In this document: positions 28,914 through 38,366 of the stretch, piece after piece
Layout: each line of letters begins with the position of its first letter
How positions within the stretch are numbered: the stretch's first letter is position 1
NCBI GenBank assembly: GCA_963707915.1
Contig: OY970178.1
Coordinates: forward strand, 352,001-416,000
Source of the DNA: Candidatus Eiseniibacteriota bacterium
GTDB taxonomy: Bacteria; Eisenbacteria; RBG-16-71-46
Length of the DNA: 64,000 bases
Reading direction: 5' to 3'
Position numbers and translations under genes: made by a program
Notes under the pieces: model-generated
What the model saw: only the letters and a program-made list of their open reading frames with translations
Told to the model about the DNA's origin: nothing
Databases searched by the model: none

Positions 28914-29183
28914 GTGACGCGACCGGCAAGGTTCGAATCCCTCAACGACCCCGTGGAGGTGCTCACGGTGTTCGCGGAGGGCAAGGTGAAGCCCCTGCGC
29001 TTCCGCTGGCAGGGACGGGTCATCCGCGTGAGCAAGGTGAGCGGTGAGTGGACCCGTCGCGAAGGCCAGACCCTGCTGCGCTACTACGCGGTGGAGGGCG
29101 CACCGGCCGGGACGTACGAACTCTGCTTCGACGCCAGGGGACCGGGCTGGATCATCTCGCGGGCCTGGCCCGCGGGAGCATGA
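28914..29183 (+). CDS. Small DUF6504-like protein preceding dinB
   Basis: PLRFRWQGRVIRV..V.GEW...YELCFD...W pattern; GTG 28914 chosen because it lies 7 nt after the -10 (leaderless). Confidence 0.65.
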   Translation: MTRPARFESLNDPVEVLTVFAEGKVKPLRFRWQGRVIRVSKVSGEWTRREGQTLLRYYAVEGAPAGTYELCFDARGPGWIISRAWPAGA

Positions 29184-29229
29184 AGGAGGAGGGACGGTCG
29201 CCGCGTCGCCGCGGCCGCCGCGCAGCGTC

Positions 29230-30453
29230 ATGTGGATCCTGCTCGCGGACATGGATGCCTTCTTCGCCTCGGTCGAGCAACTCGACCGGCCCGACCTGAG
29301 GGGCCGTCCGGTCGTCGTCTGCGGCGACCCGGGGCGGCGTGGCGTGGTGACCGCGGCCTCGTACGAGGCGCGACCCTCGGGCGTGCGGGCCGGGATGAGC
29401 CTGGCCGAGGCCCGTCGTCGCTGTCCCGGCGCGGAGTTCGTCGAGGGCCACCCGGCGCGCTACGTCGCGCTCTCCCTCCAGTTGCTCGACCTGTACCTCT
29501 CGTTCACTCCGGACGTGGAGCCCTTCAGCGTGGACGAGGCGTTCCTCGGTCTCGATCCGAAGGTGGCGGGTCCCGAAGCGGCCGGGGCCGTCGCCCGGCG
29601 CGTGCAGGAGGCGGTGCAGGAGCGCTTCGAGCTCTCGGTCTCGGTGGGAGCGGGCCCGAACAAGCTGGTCGCCAAGATGGCGGCGGGGCTCGGGAAGCCG
29701 CGGGGACTGACGGTGCTGGACGAGGAAGGCTTCTGCCGGGCCTTCTGGCCGCTCGACGTGCAGGAGTTGTGGGGCGTGGGACCGAAGCTCGCCGGGCGCA
29801 TGCGGTCGCTCGGGATCATGACCGTCGGCGATCTCGCCCGCGCCCCCATCCCGTCCCTCCAGTCCGCTTTCGGCGTGGTGGGCCCGTCGCTGCGCGAGGC
29901 CGCCCGGGGACGGGACGACACGCCGCTGGTACCGTGCCACCGGGGCGTGGACCCGAAGTCCATGGGGCACGAGGTCACCCTGGCGGAGGATTCGGCCGAC
30001 CCGGCCTTCCTCGAGGGGACGCTGCTGCGGCTGGCGGACCAGGTGGCGCGCCGCCTGCGCAGCGACGGCTTCGTCGGCCGGACCGTGACCCTGCGGCTGC
30101 GCGATGCGCGCTTCGTGACGATCACCCGGCAGCGCGCACTGGAAGGCTACACCGATGACCACCGGCTCATCTTCGAGACCGCGCGCTCGCTGTGGCGCGC
30201 ACACTGGCAGGGCGGGCCGTTGCGGCTGCTGGGCGTGAGCGTCTCGGCGCTCCAGCCGCACGGGGACCACCCGCAGGCCGAGTTGTTCGAGGAGGACCGG
30301 CGCGAGGACCGCCTGACGAAGACGCTCGACCGCCTGCGCGACCGGCTGGGCGAAGCCGCGGTCGTCCCGGCCGGCTCGCTCACCCACCGGCGCGCCCTCG
30401 GCCACGTGCCGTTCGGCACGCGCCCGGGTCGCGGCAGGGAGAAGGAAGGATGA
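29230..30453 (+). CDS. dinB: DNA polymerase IV (Y family)
   Basis: ADMDAFFASVEQ, ASYEAR, SVDEAF, NKLVAKMA, LWGVG, KSMGHE.T. Confidence 0.95.
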   Translation: MWILLADMDAFFASVEQLDRPDLRGRPVVVCGDPGRRGVVTAASYEARPSGVRAGMSLAEARRRCPGAEFVEGHPARYVALSLQLLDLYLSFTPDVEPFSVDEAFLGLDPKVAGPEAAGAVARRVQEAVQERFELSVSVGAGPNKLVAKMAAGLGKPRGLTVLDEEGFCRAFWPLDVQELWGVGPKLAGRMRSLGIMTVGDLARAPIPSLQSAFGVVGPSLREAARGRDDTPLVPCHRGVDPKSMGHEVTLAEDSADPAFLEGTLLRLADQVARRLRSDGFVGRTVTLRLRDARFVTITRQRALEGYTDDHRLIFETARSLWRAHWQGGPLRLLGVSVSALQPHGDHPQAELFEEDRREDRLTKTLDRLRDRLGEAAVVPAGSLTHRRALGHVPFGTRPGRGREKEG

Positions 30454-31334
30454 GCAGCGGCGACCTGTTCGCGGGCTTCCCCGCCGAGGGGCCGCCCCGC
30501 GTCGTCGACCCCGGCCGGCGCATCCTGGTCGGGACCTCCGGATACTCCTTTGCCGACTGGGTGGGGCCCTTCTACCCGCCGGGCACGCGGCCGGCCGACT
30601 TCCTCTCCTTCTATTCCCGTCACTTCGACACCGTCGAGGTCAACGCCACCTACTACCGCGTGCCGCCGCCCTCGACGCTCGAGCGGATGGAGCGGAAGAC
30701 CCCGCCCGGCTTCCGCTTCATGGTCAAGGTGAACCAGGCGATGACCCACGAGCGCTCGCTGGAGGCGGGCCTGGTGCGGGGATTCCGTGCCGCGCTCGAG
30801 CCGCTCAAGGCCGCGGGCAAGTACGACGGACTGCTGGCCCAGTTCCCCTGGGGGTTCCGCCGGACCCCGGAGAACGAGGCGCACCTCGCCGCCCTGCGCG
30901 ACTCGCTCGCGGAAGAGCCGCTGTTCGTCGAGTTCCGCCACGCCTCGTGGGCGCTGCCCGACATCCCGGAGCGGTTGCGCGCGCGGCGCCTCGGCTTCTG
31001 CGCCGTCGACGAGCCCGCCATCGCCGGCCTGATGCCGCCGGTGGCCTGGGTCACCGCCGAGGACGCCTACGTGCGCTTCCACGGACGCAACGCGGCGAAC
31101 TGGTGGGGAAGCCGCCCCCCGGTCACGACCGGCGCGGCGGTCGCGGCCACCGGGGACCGGTACGACTACGACTACCGCCCCGAGGAGTTGAAGGAGTGGG
31201 TGCAGAAGGTGCGCGACCTCGCCGGGCAGGCGCGTCGCACCTACCTGTTCTTCAACAACTGCCACGCCGGCCACGCGGCGCGCAGCGCGAAGCTCATGCA
31301 GGAACTGCTGAGGCAGCAGGGCCTGCCCGCGTAG
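30450..31334 (+). CDS. DUF72 family protein
   Basis: GTSGYS..DW.GPFYP, VEVNATYY, QFP, EFRH.SW, YVRFHGRN, YDYDY, FNN. Confidence 0.92.
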   Translation: MSSGDLFAGFPAEGPPRVVDPGRRILVGTSGYSFADWVGPFYPPGTRPADFLSFYSRHFDTVEVNATYYRVPPPSTLERMERKTPPGFRFMVKVNQAMTHERSLEAGLVRGFRAALEPLKAAGKYDGLLAQFPWGFRRTPENEAHLAALRDSLAEEPLFVEFRHASWALPDIPERLRARRLGFCAVDEPAIAGLMPPVAWVTAEDAYVRFHGRNAANWWGSRPPVTTGAAVAATGDRYDYDYRPEELKEWVQKVRDLAGQARRTYLFFNNCHAGHAARSAKLMQELLRQQGLPA

Positions 31335-31418
31335 CCGGGCAGCGCCCTTCGTCGGCCGGCGAGACGAAGCGGCCACCCCCTCGACCGGGGATGGCCGCAT
31401 CACCGCGGGCCGGTGGGA

Positions 31419-32147
31419 CTACCGGTACATCGACTTGATGGCACCCCAGGTCGAGCCGCGGGTCGAGGTGGCGCAGTCGGCATTGATCTCGATGACGATG
31501 TCGTTGACGTCGCCCCACGCCCCGAACTGGTGGCTCGCGTCGGCCGGCGAGCAGTCGGCCGCCAGGAACACCGGGTACGTCGCCGGCTTCGTCATGTACG
31601 GCGGGTCGCTGGTCTCACCCTGGCCGTAGCCGTTCCCCATCGCGAAGCTCATCGTGCAGCCGATGTCGAACTGGCCGGTCGTCACCCCGGTGAAGCTGGA
31701 CGAGACCGGCATGTTGTTCAGCAGGTAGACCTGGGTGGCGACCGAGGTCGTGTTCAGCGTGCCGTTGCCGGAGCCCCAGCCCACCGCCGGGTCCGCGAAG
31801 AGCGTGAAGGTCCCGCCGGCGAAGGTCTGGCTGTACGTGACGGTGCCGGTCATCGTGCCGAAGTTGAATCCGGGGCCGAACACCGGCAGCGTGCTGGTCG
31901 TCTCGATCCCGCAGCGGAACTCCCACTGCGCACCCAGAGCGGAGCCGTTCCACGACTGCCCGTGGAAGATCTTCGGGTTGCCCGAATTCGGGTACTGGCG
32001 CGATACCGACATGTGCCCGAGCTGCACGCCCGGGTGGGTCCCGGGACGCAGCGCGGACGTGTAGGTGCCCGGCACGGGATCGGCGATGGCGGTGAGCGAC
32101 ACGAGCAGGAGGGGGATGGCGAGAACGACGGTGGCGCAATGGCGCAT
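31419..32147 (-). CDS. Secreted beta-rich protein with C-terminal STWGAIKSMYR tail
   Basis: Signal peptide ending AIA; G/T/S-rich body with four Cys; terminal TWG motif. Confidence 0.75.
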   Translation of the reverse strand: MRHCATVVLAIPLLLVSLTAIADPVPGTYTSALRPGTHPGVQLGHMSVSRQYPNSGNPKIFHGQSWNGSALGAQWEFRCGIETTSTLPVFGPGFNFGTMTGTVTYSQTFAGGTFTLFADPAVGWGSGNGTLNTTSVATQVYLLNNMPVSSSFTGVTTGQFDIGCTMSFAMGNGYGQGETSDPPYMTKPATYPVFLAADCSPADASHQFGAWGDVNDIVIEINADCATSTRGSTWGAIKSMYR

Positions 32148-32380
32148 GGCATGACCTCGCGGAAGGAGCCGGTACTGGGCCGAGGGGCCCGCTAGTCGTT
32201 CCGAATGCTGCCGACGACTGCGAGTACGATAGCTCCGCGCGCTGCGGGGACGATAACGATTACGGCGTCCGCCGGGGTCGGCCGGCAGGATTCACGACGC
32301 CGGGGAGAGGCTCCTGTGGGAGGCGCCCGCGTGCCGGGGCCCGGGCGCCCCCGCGGCGGCGGCCGGTCCGACCGCCCCCG

Positions 32381-33403
32381 CTACTTCCCCGCCACCGCCG
32401 GGTGGCGGCGCTGGATGAACTCCTCGCACTCGCGCACGTCCTTGCTGCTGCCGAGGAAGAGCGGGGTGCGCTCGTGGAGCGAAACGGGCGTGATGTCCAT
32501 GATGCGCCGCGTGCCGTCGCTGGCCGCGCCGCCCGCCTGCTCCGCGACGAAGGCCAGGGGGGCCGCCTCGTAGAGCACGCGCAGCTTCCCCTTCACGCTG
32601 CGGCGGCTCGCGGGGTAGAGGAAGATGCCGCCGTACAGGAGGTTCCGGTGGAAGTCCGCGACCAGCGAGCCGATGTAGCGGCCGGTGTAGGGATGGTGGA
32701 GCGCGGCGTCGTCGGCCTTGAGCCAATCGACGTAGGCGCGGACCTCGTCGGACCAGTAGGCGTAGTTGCCCTCGTTGGTGCTGTAGATGTGGCCGCGCGC
32801 CGGGGTGCGGATGTCCGGCTCGGAGAGCAGGAACTCGCCGATGCTGGGCTCGTAGGTGAAGCCGTGGACGCCGTTGCCGGTGGTGTAGACCAGCATCGTG
32901 CTCGAGCCGTACATCACGTAGCCCGCGGCCACCTGCCGCTTCCCGGGCTGGAGGCAGTCCTGCATCGTCCCGTTCCCACCGCGCGTGACCCGCGGCAGGA
33001 TGGAGAAGATCGTCCCGATGTTGACGTTCGCGCCGATGTTCGAGGAGCCGTCGAGCGGGTCGAAGTTGACCACGTAGTTGCCCGGCCGCCGTCCCTGCAG
33101 CACGGGCACGATGCCCTCGTCCTCCTCGGACGCGAGCACGGCGAGCTGCCCGGTCGACCCCAGCAGGCGGTGCAGGGTCTCGTGGGCGTAGCGGTCGAGC
33201 CGCTGCACCCGCTCGCCCTGCACGTTCTCCTCGCCGGTCTCGCCGATGATGTCCACCAGGCCCGCCCGGACCACCAGCCGGTTGATCATCTTCGCGGCCA
33301 GGGCGATCTCCATCAGGAGGTCGGTGAACTCGCCCGAGGCCTCCGGATGCTGGTCCTCCTGCTGGAGGATGAACTGCGACAGGGGCAGCGCGGTGTCCGG
33401 CAC
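32381..33403 (-). CDS. fbp: Fructose-1,6-bisphosphatase class 1
   Basis: NVQGE.VQ.LD, ASEE, FDPLDGSSN, RYIGSLVADFHR, GKLRVLYE. Confidence 0.97.
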   Translation of the reverse strand: MPDTALPLSQFILQQEDQHPEASGEFTDLLMEIALAAKMINRLVVRAGLVDIIGETGEENVQGERVQRLDRYAHETLHRLLGSTGQLAVLASEEDEGIVPVLQGRRPGNYVVNFDPLDGSSNIGANVNIGTIFSILPRVTRGGNGTMQDCLQPGKRQVAAGYVMYGSSTMLVYTTGNGVHGFTYEPSIGEFLLSEPDIRTPARGHIYSTNEGNYAYWSDEVRAYVDWLKADDAALHHPYTGRYIGSLVADFHRNLLYGGIFLYPASRRSVKGKLRVLYEAAPLAFVAEQAGGAASDGTRRIMDITPVSLHERTPLFLGSSKDVRECEEFIQRRHPAVAGK

Positions 33404-33412
33404 CCGGGGCTC

Positions 33413-34804
33413 CTAGTCGGCGAGTCCCGTGACGTCCTCGTGGCCGCGCACGCTGCCGGCCGCGCCGAGCACGGGGTACGAACCCGGCACGAACGGCGCG
33501 TGCTTCGCCGCGATCGCTGCGGTGCCCGGCACCTGCAGCTTCTGCATCAGGAAGCGGAACTTGTCCTCGAGCGCCTGGCCGATCGCCGCGCGCACCGGCA
33601 CGGGCAGGCTCCACAGCTCGCGCTTGTACAGTCCGCTCAGCTTCTTGCGTGACTTGTAGAGGAACTGCTCCTCGGAGTCGCCGGCCTTGCGCTCGTCCGC
33701 CGCCACCGTGCGCAGGCGGTCGTACATCTCGCGCTTCAGCCCGGCGGGGAAGGCCGGGTGGTCGAAGATCATGTTCTGGAACTCGGTCGCCAGGTGGATC
33801 TCGATGCAGCCCAGCTTCGCGAAGCGGTCGAACAGCTCGGCCGGCAGGGTCGAGGCGCCGTGCTGCACGGCCCCGCCCATCCCGTAGCGGTCGGTGGCCA
33901 GCTTCGAGAGCGACTCGATCACGCCGAAGTCCACCTTGACCTGGGCCATGGTGCCGTCCGGCAGGGGCACGCCGCCATGCGAGGTCCCGGTCTGGATCGA
34001 GATCTTGCTGATGCCCTCGGCGCCGGGGGCGAGGCGCGCGAGCTCCTCGAGGTAGAGCTTCATGAACGCGTTGAGCTCGTCGGGCGTCGAGTTCTGGCTG
34101 CCCACCTCGCCGATCTCGCCGCCGACCGAGATGGTCACGCCCCTGGGCTGCAGGCCGCGGATGAACGCCGTCAGCCCGGCGCACAGCGTGCCGTTCAGGT
34201 GCTGCTGGGCCTCGTGGCCTGCCTTCGAGAGGTCCACCAGGGTCGAGGTGTCGATGTCGATGTTGTAGAAGCCCGCGGCCACGGCCTCGCGGCTCATGTC
34301 GCGCACCGCCTGCAGCTCGGCCTCGGGGCCGGCGGCGTACTTCTTCGCGTTGACCTGGAAGTGGTCGCCCTGGATGAAGACCGGTCCCTTGCAGCCCTCG
34401 CGCAGCGCCGCGGCCAGCATCACGAAGGCGTACTCGGCCGGACGCTGATCGGTGTAGCTGCATTCGGAGCGCGCGATCTCGCAGATCACCGCGCCGACGT
34501 CCAGCGCCTTGCGGGCGCGCATCAGCGCCCGGGCCGTGTCGTAGGCCATGCCGCGGATGTTGAAGGCGGGCACGGTGAAGGTCGCGGGCAGCTCGCGGCG
34601 ACCGCGGGCGGCGTAGAGACCGTGGATCGACGCCGGGTAGATCCCGGCCGACGCGGCCTGCGCCAGCACGGCGGTGCGGGCCCGGTCACGCAGCTCGCCG
34701 GTGCCGAACACGCCGGTCCAGACCAGCCGGTCGAGTGCGTCGTGGTTGCCCGTCGCGATGGCGGCCGTGGCGTGGCGGATCTCTTCGAGGGTCTTGAGTT
34801 CCAT
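33413..34804 (-). CDS. fba: Class II fructose-bisphosphate aldolase (long form)
   Basis: VPAFN, QGDH, DTS, EIGEVG, GTSHGG, VQHGAS; start ATG 34804; adjacent to fbp. Confidence 0.88.
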   Translation of the reverse strand: MELKTLEEIRHATAAIATGNHDALDRLVWTGVFGTGELRDRARTAVLAQAASAGIYPASIHGLYAARGRRELPATFTVPAFNIRGMAYDTARALMRARKALDVGAVICEIARSECSYTDQRPAEYAFVMLAAALREGCKGPVFIQGDHFQVNAKKYAAGPEAELQAVRDMSREAVAAGFYNIDIDTSTLVDLSKAGHEAQQHLNGTLCAGLTAFIRGLQPRGVTISVGGEIGEVGSQNSTPDELNAFMKLYLEELARLAPGAEGISKISIQTGTSHGGVPLPDGTMAQVKVDFGVIESLSKLATDRYGMGGAVQHGASTLPAELFDRFAKLGCIEIHLATEFQNMIFDHPAFPAGLKREMYDRLRTVAADERKAGDSEEQFLYKSRKKLSGLYKRELWSLPVPVRAAIGQALEDKFRFLMQKLQVPGTAAIAAKHAPFVPGSYPVLGAAGSVRGHEDVTGLAD

Positions 34805-35000
34805 GGCGGTCGGGTCTCCTGTGCGGGCACGGCGTCGGTGGCGGGCGCATCCCGGCCACGGCGCCGATCGGGTCCGTGGGCGGCGAGGAATCGGCCGCAG
34901 TATAGACTCATGCGCCGACGCGCTGCCATGCGGCGGCGGGCGGGAGCACGGCGCCTCTGCCCGATCAGCACCACGCCCGGGCCCCGTGCCCGGCCCTTGT

Positions 35001-35029
35001 TTGACACCGTCGAGACGAGTCGCTTCAAT
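35001..35029 (+). promoter_or_regulatory. Putative promoter of the xdhC operon
   Basis: TTGACA, 17 bp, TTCAAT. Confidence 0.45.
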
Positions 35030-35066
35030 CGCCACGGCCCGTTCCGTACCCCATCGAGGAGCCCGC

Positions 35067-36032
35067 GTGAGCACCCCTGACGAAGAGACGCCCCTGGCCG
35101 GACCGCCGGTGGGCGTGGACAGCGAGGTCGGGCCCGGGGACGACGAAGGGCTGCTGTGGGCGACGCTGGCCGGCTGGCGCGCCGAGCGGCGGCGCTTCGC
35201 CCTGCTCACCGTGGTGGAGACGCGGGGCTCGACGCCGCGCAAGAGCGGGGCCCACGTCCTGCTGGCGGAGGACGGCGAGACCGTCGGGACGCTGGGCGGG
35301 GGCGCGATCGAGTACGAGGCGCTGAAGCAGGCGCGCACGGCGCTGGCGCAGGGCGGGACGGCGCTCTTCCGGCGCCACCTGGCGCAGGATCTCGGCATGT
35401 GCTGCGGAGGCGAGATGAGCATTTTCATCGAGACCGTGGAGCCGAAGCCCCGGCTGTTCATCTTCGGGGCGGGCTACATCGGCAGGCCGCTCGTGGCCAT
35501 GGCCACGGCCTGCGGCTTCGAGGTCACGGTGGTGGACGGCCGCAGCGAGTGGGCCGACCCCGCGCGCTTCCCGGGGGCGGCCGTGCGCTGCCAGGATCCC
35601 GAGGACGCGGCGCGCGCGCTGCAACTGACCCCCGGCGACTACGCCTGCGTGGTGACGCACGACCACGCGCTCGACCAGCGCCTCGTGCAGATCCTGGTCC
35701 GCCGCCCGCTGCGCTTCCTGGGCATGATCGGCAGCCGCGCGAAACAGCGCCGGTTCGTCCAGCGCCTGCGCGGGCACGGCCTCGGCGAGGAGGAGATCGC
35801 CCGGCTGCACACCCCGCTGGGGCTGGCGATCGGCGCGGCCACCCCCGAGGAGATCGCGGTGAGCGTGCTCGCGCAGCTCATCGCGGTGCGACGTGGCGTC
35901 GCGATCGAGCCCGGCTGGGAGGCGCCCACGGGCGCGCACCCGGCGGGAGAGGAAGTGGACCCGGCCGGGGTCCGGCCCGCGCAGGACGCGGGAACGCCGG
36001 GCCCGGCCACGAAGGAGGGCGAGGGCTCATGA
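35067..36032 (+). CDS. xdhC: XdhC/CoxI family molybdoenzyme maturation factor
   Basis: GSTPR..GA, GTLGGG.IE, LGMCCGG, FGAG, THDH.LD, GMIGS..K, PEEIAVS; GTG after GAGGAG. Confidence 0.92.
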   Translation: MSTPDEETPLAGPPVGVDSEVGPGDDEGLLWATLAGWRAERRRFALLTVVETRGSTPRKSGAHVLLAEDGETVGTLGGGAIEYEALKQARTALAQGGTALFRRHLAQDLGMCCGGEMSIFIETVEPKPRLFIFGAGYIGRPLVAMATACGFEVTVVDGRSEWADPARFPGAAVRCQDPEDAARALQLTPGDYACVVTHDHALDQRLVQILVRRPLRFLGMIGSRAKQRRFVQRLRGHGLGEEEIARLHTPLGLAIGAATPEEIAVSVLAQLIAVRRGVAIEPGWEAPTGAHPAGEEVDPAGVRPAQDAGTPGPATKEGEGS

Positions 36033-36727
36033 TGGTCGGCGTGCTGTTGGCGGCCGGTGCCTCGACGCGGATGGGAAGCCCGAAGGCGCTGGCGAAGACG
36101 GGGAAGAAGACCCGCCAGGAGAGCTACATCGCCCACGGGGTGCGCAACCTGTGGTGCGCCTGCGACACCGTGGTGGTGGTCCTGGGGGCCAACGCGAAGC
36201 TGATCCGCAAGCGCACCGAGGACGAGTTCGTGCGCCTGGTCGAGACCGGCTGCTTCGACCAGGAGTTGCACGCGGCGCACCGCCACGCGGCGCAGAAGCT
36301 CGAGGTGCGCTTCGTCGTGAACCGCGCCTGGAAGAAGGGCATGTACTCCTCGGCGCGGGTGGGGCTCGAGGCGGCGCTGAAGTACGCGCCGGCGGGGTTG
36401 TTCGTGCTGCCGGTCGACCACCCGTCGGTGCGCGCCGCCACGGTCCTCGACCTGGGGACGGTGATGGCCCAGGCCATCCACGCCGCGCACGGCCCGGCGC
36501 GCAAGGGGGCGGCCCGGCGCGCCCCGTTCTGCTACGCGCTGGTGCCGCGCCGCCGCGGCCGCCGGGGCCACCCGGTCGTGCTGACCGCCGCGCTGGCGCG
36601 GGCCATCCTGAAGGACAAGGGGGCCGAGCACCTGAGCGATGCGGTGCGCCGCAGCGCCCGGTTGGTGGGCTACCTGGACGTGCGCGACGCCGGGATCACG
36701 CGCAACGTGAACCGCCCGGGGGACTGA
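36029..36727 (+). CDS. MocA/MobA-like nucleotidyltransferase
   Basis: LLAAGASTRMGSPKAL, N..W..GM.SS, PVDHP, GHPV; follows xdhC. Confidence 0.85.
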   Translation: MMVGVLLAAGASTRMGSPKALAKTGKKTRQESYIAHGVRNLWCACDTVVVVLGANAKLIRKRTEDEFVRLVETGCFDQELHAAHRHAAQKLEVRFVVNRAWKKGMYSSARVGLEAALKYAPAGLFVLPVDHPSVRAATVLDLGTVMAQAIHAAHGPARKGAARRAPFCYALVPRRRGRRGHPVVLTAALARAILKDKGAEHLSDAVRRSARLVGYLDVRDAGITRNVNRPGD

Positions 36728-36746
36728 GCGTGCGAACGGTGCGCCG

Positions 36747-37298
36747 ATGAGCCGCCGGCCGCTGGTCGCGGTCTTCGGCAGCAGCACGATCCGCGAGTCG
36801 AGCCCGGAGTTCCGCGAGGCCGAGGAACTCGGGCGGCGGCTCGCGGCGGCCGGGGCGGACGTCATCACCGGCGGCTACGGCGGGGCCATGGCCGCCTGCT
36901 CGCGCGGCGCCCACGAGGCCGGTGCCCACGTGGTGGGCGTGACGGTCGAGCTGTTCGCGGACCGCGCCCCGGTGAACCCCTGGGTGAAGGAGCGGGTGCA
37001 CACCGGCGACCTGTTCGAGCGCCTGCGCACTATCATCGGCCGGGCGGACGCGTTTATCGCCGTCTCGGGGAGCGTGGGCACGCTGGCGGAGATCCTGCTG
37101 ACCTGGAACCTGCTCATGGCGAAGGGGCATGCGGCGGCGCCGCTCGTGCTGCTCGGCCGGCCCTGGAAGGGCTGGCTCGAGGCGCAGCGCGCCCCGGGCC
37201 TGGTGCTGCCGGAATTGTTCGCCTTCGTGCAGCTCGCGGACACGCCCGAGCAGGCGGTGCGGCTGGCGCTCGACGGCGCGGCGCCGCGGAACGCCTGA
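36747..37298 (+). CDS. LOG family nucleotide phosphoribohydrolase-like protein
   Basis: VFGSS, TGGYGG.M.A.SRGA, ERL, G.VGTL.E. Confidence 0.88.
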   Translation: MSRRPLVAVFGSSTIRESSPEFREAEELGRRLAAAGADVITGGYGGAMAACSRGAHEAGAHVVGVTVELFADRAPVNPWVKERVHTGDLFERLRTIIGRADAFIAVSGSVGTLAEILLTWNLLMAKGHAAAPLVLLGRPWKGWLEAQRAPGLVLPELFAFVQLADTPEQAVRLALDGAAPRNA

Positions 37299-37389
37299 AG
37301 CCGCCGACCGCCCGATGGAGCGCCGGCCGCGCGCTCTGCTAGATTGCGGGCCGCCACCCGCCACCCCCCACCCAGCAGGAGGCCCAGGC

Positions 37390-38187
37390 ATGGACGCGAG
37401 CGGTACGGCCCGTCCCCTCAGGATCATCCACGAGCCGAAGGTGTACCTGGTGGGCCGCCAGGTGACGGACCCCGCGGCCATCGAGCGCTTCCTCGCCGAT
37501 CACGAGCTGACCTGGACCACCGACACGGAGGTCGGCGCCGAGGCGCTGGCCGAGATGGCCGGGCGGCTCTGCTACCTGTCGTACGGCAAGGGCCGCAAGA
37601 CCAATCGCGAGTTCCTCGACCACCTCATCGAGGTGGGGCACGGCTCGGTGCTGGAGCACGCGGTGTGGAGCTTCGTCATCACCGGCGTGTCGCGCTCGCT
37701 CACCCACGAGTTGGTGCGGCACCGGGCGGGCTGGGCCTACTCGCAGCTCTCGCAGCGCTACGTGAACGAGTCGGAGTCGCCCTACGTGGAGCCCGGCGTC
37801 GTCGCGGACGACCCGGCCCTGCACGCCGTCTGGGTCGCGGCGGTGAACCAGGCGCGCGGCGCCTACGACCGGCTGGTGGAGGGGCTCGAGCGGCACTACG
37901 CGGGCGAGCCCGACACCACGCAGCGCCGCAAGCTGGCCCGCCAGGCCGCGCGCTCGGTGCTGCCGAACGCCACCGAGACCCGCATCTTCGTCACCGCGAA
38001 CGCGCGGGCGCTGCGGCACTTCATCGAGATGCGCGGCTCGGCGGCGGCCGACGTCGAGATCCGCACGGTGGCGCTCCAGTTGCTCGAGTTGATGCGCCGG
38101 GAATCGCCGGCCCTGTTCTCGGACTACGAGCGGGTGCCGCTGCCGGACGGGGGCGAGGCGGTGCGCACCGCCCACCCCAAAGTCTGA
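37390..38187 (+). CDS. thyX: FAD-dependent thymidylate synthase
   Basis: GHGSVLEH, SRSLTHELVRHR, SQLSQRYV, ARSVLPN, A..EIR. Confidence 0.96.
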   Translation: MDASGTARPLRIIHEPKVYLVGRQVTDPAAIERFLADHELTWTTDTEVGAEALAEMAGRLCYLSYGKGRKTNREFLDHLIEVGHGSVLEHAVWSFVITGVSRSLTHELVRHRAGWAYSQLSQRYVNESESPYVEPGVVADDPALHAVWVAAVNQARGAYDRLVEGLERHYAGEPDTTQRRKLARQAARSVLPNATETRIFVTANARALRHFIEMRGSAAADVEIRTVALQLLELMRRESPALFSDYERVPLPDGGEAVRTAHPKV

Positions 38188-38366
38188 GGGGGGGCGGTCC
38201 GCCGGGTCGGCCCGCCGCGCGTCCGGCGTGACGGCGGAGGCCGACGGTAGTAGGCTCCACAGCCATCATCCAGCCCCGCGCGCGGTTCGTGGCGGGGGGC
38301 CGCGCCGCACGCAGCCGGTCGGCGCCGCCGCGTTCGAACGTGAGACTCTCCACGGAGCGTGTGACC

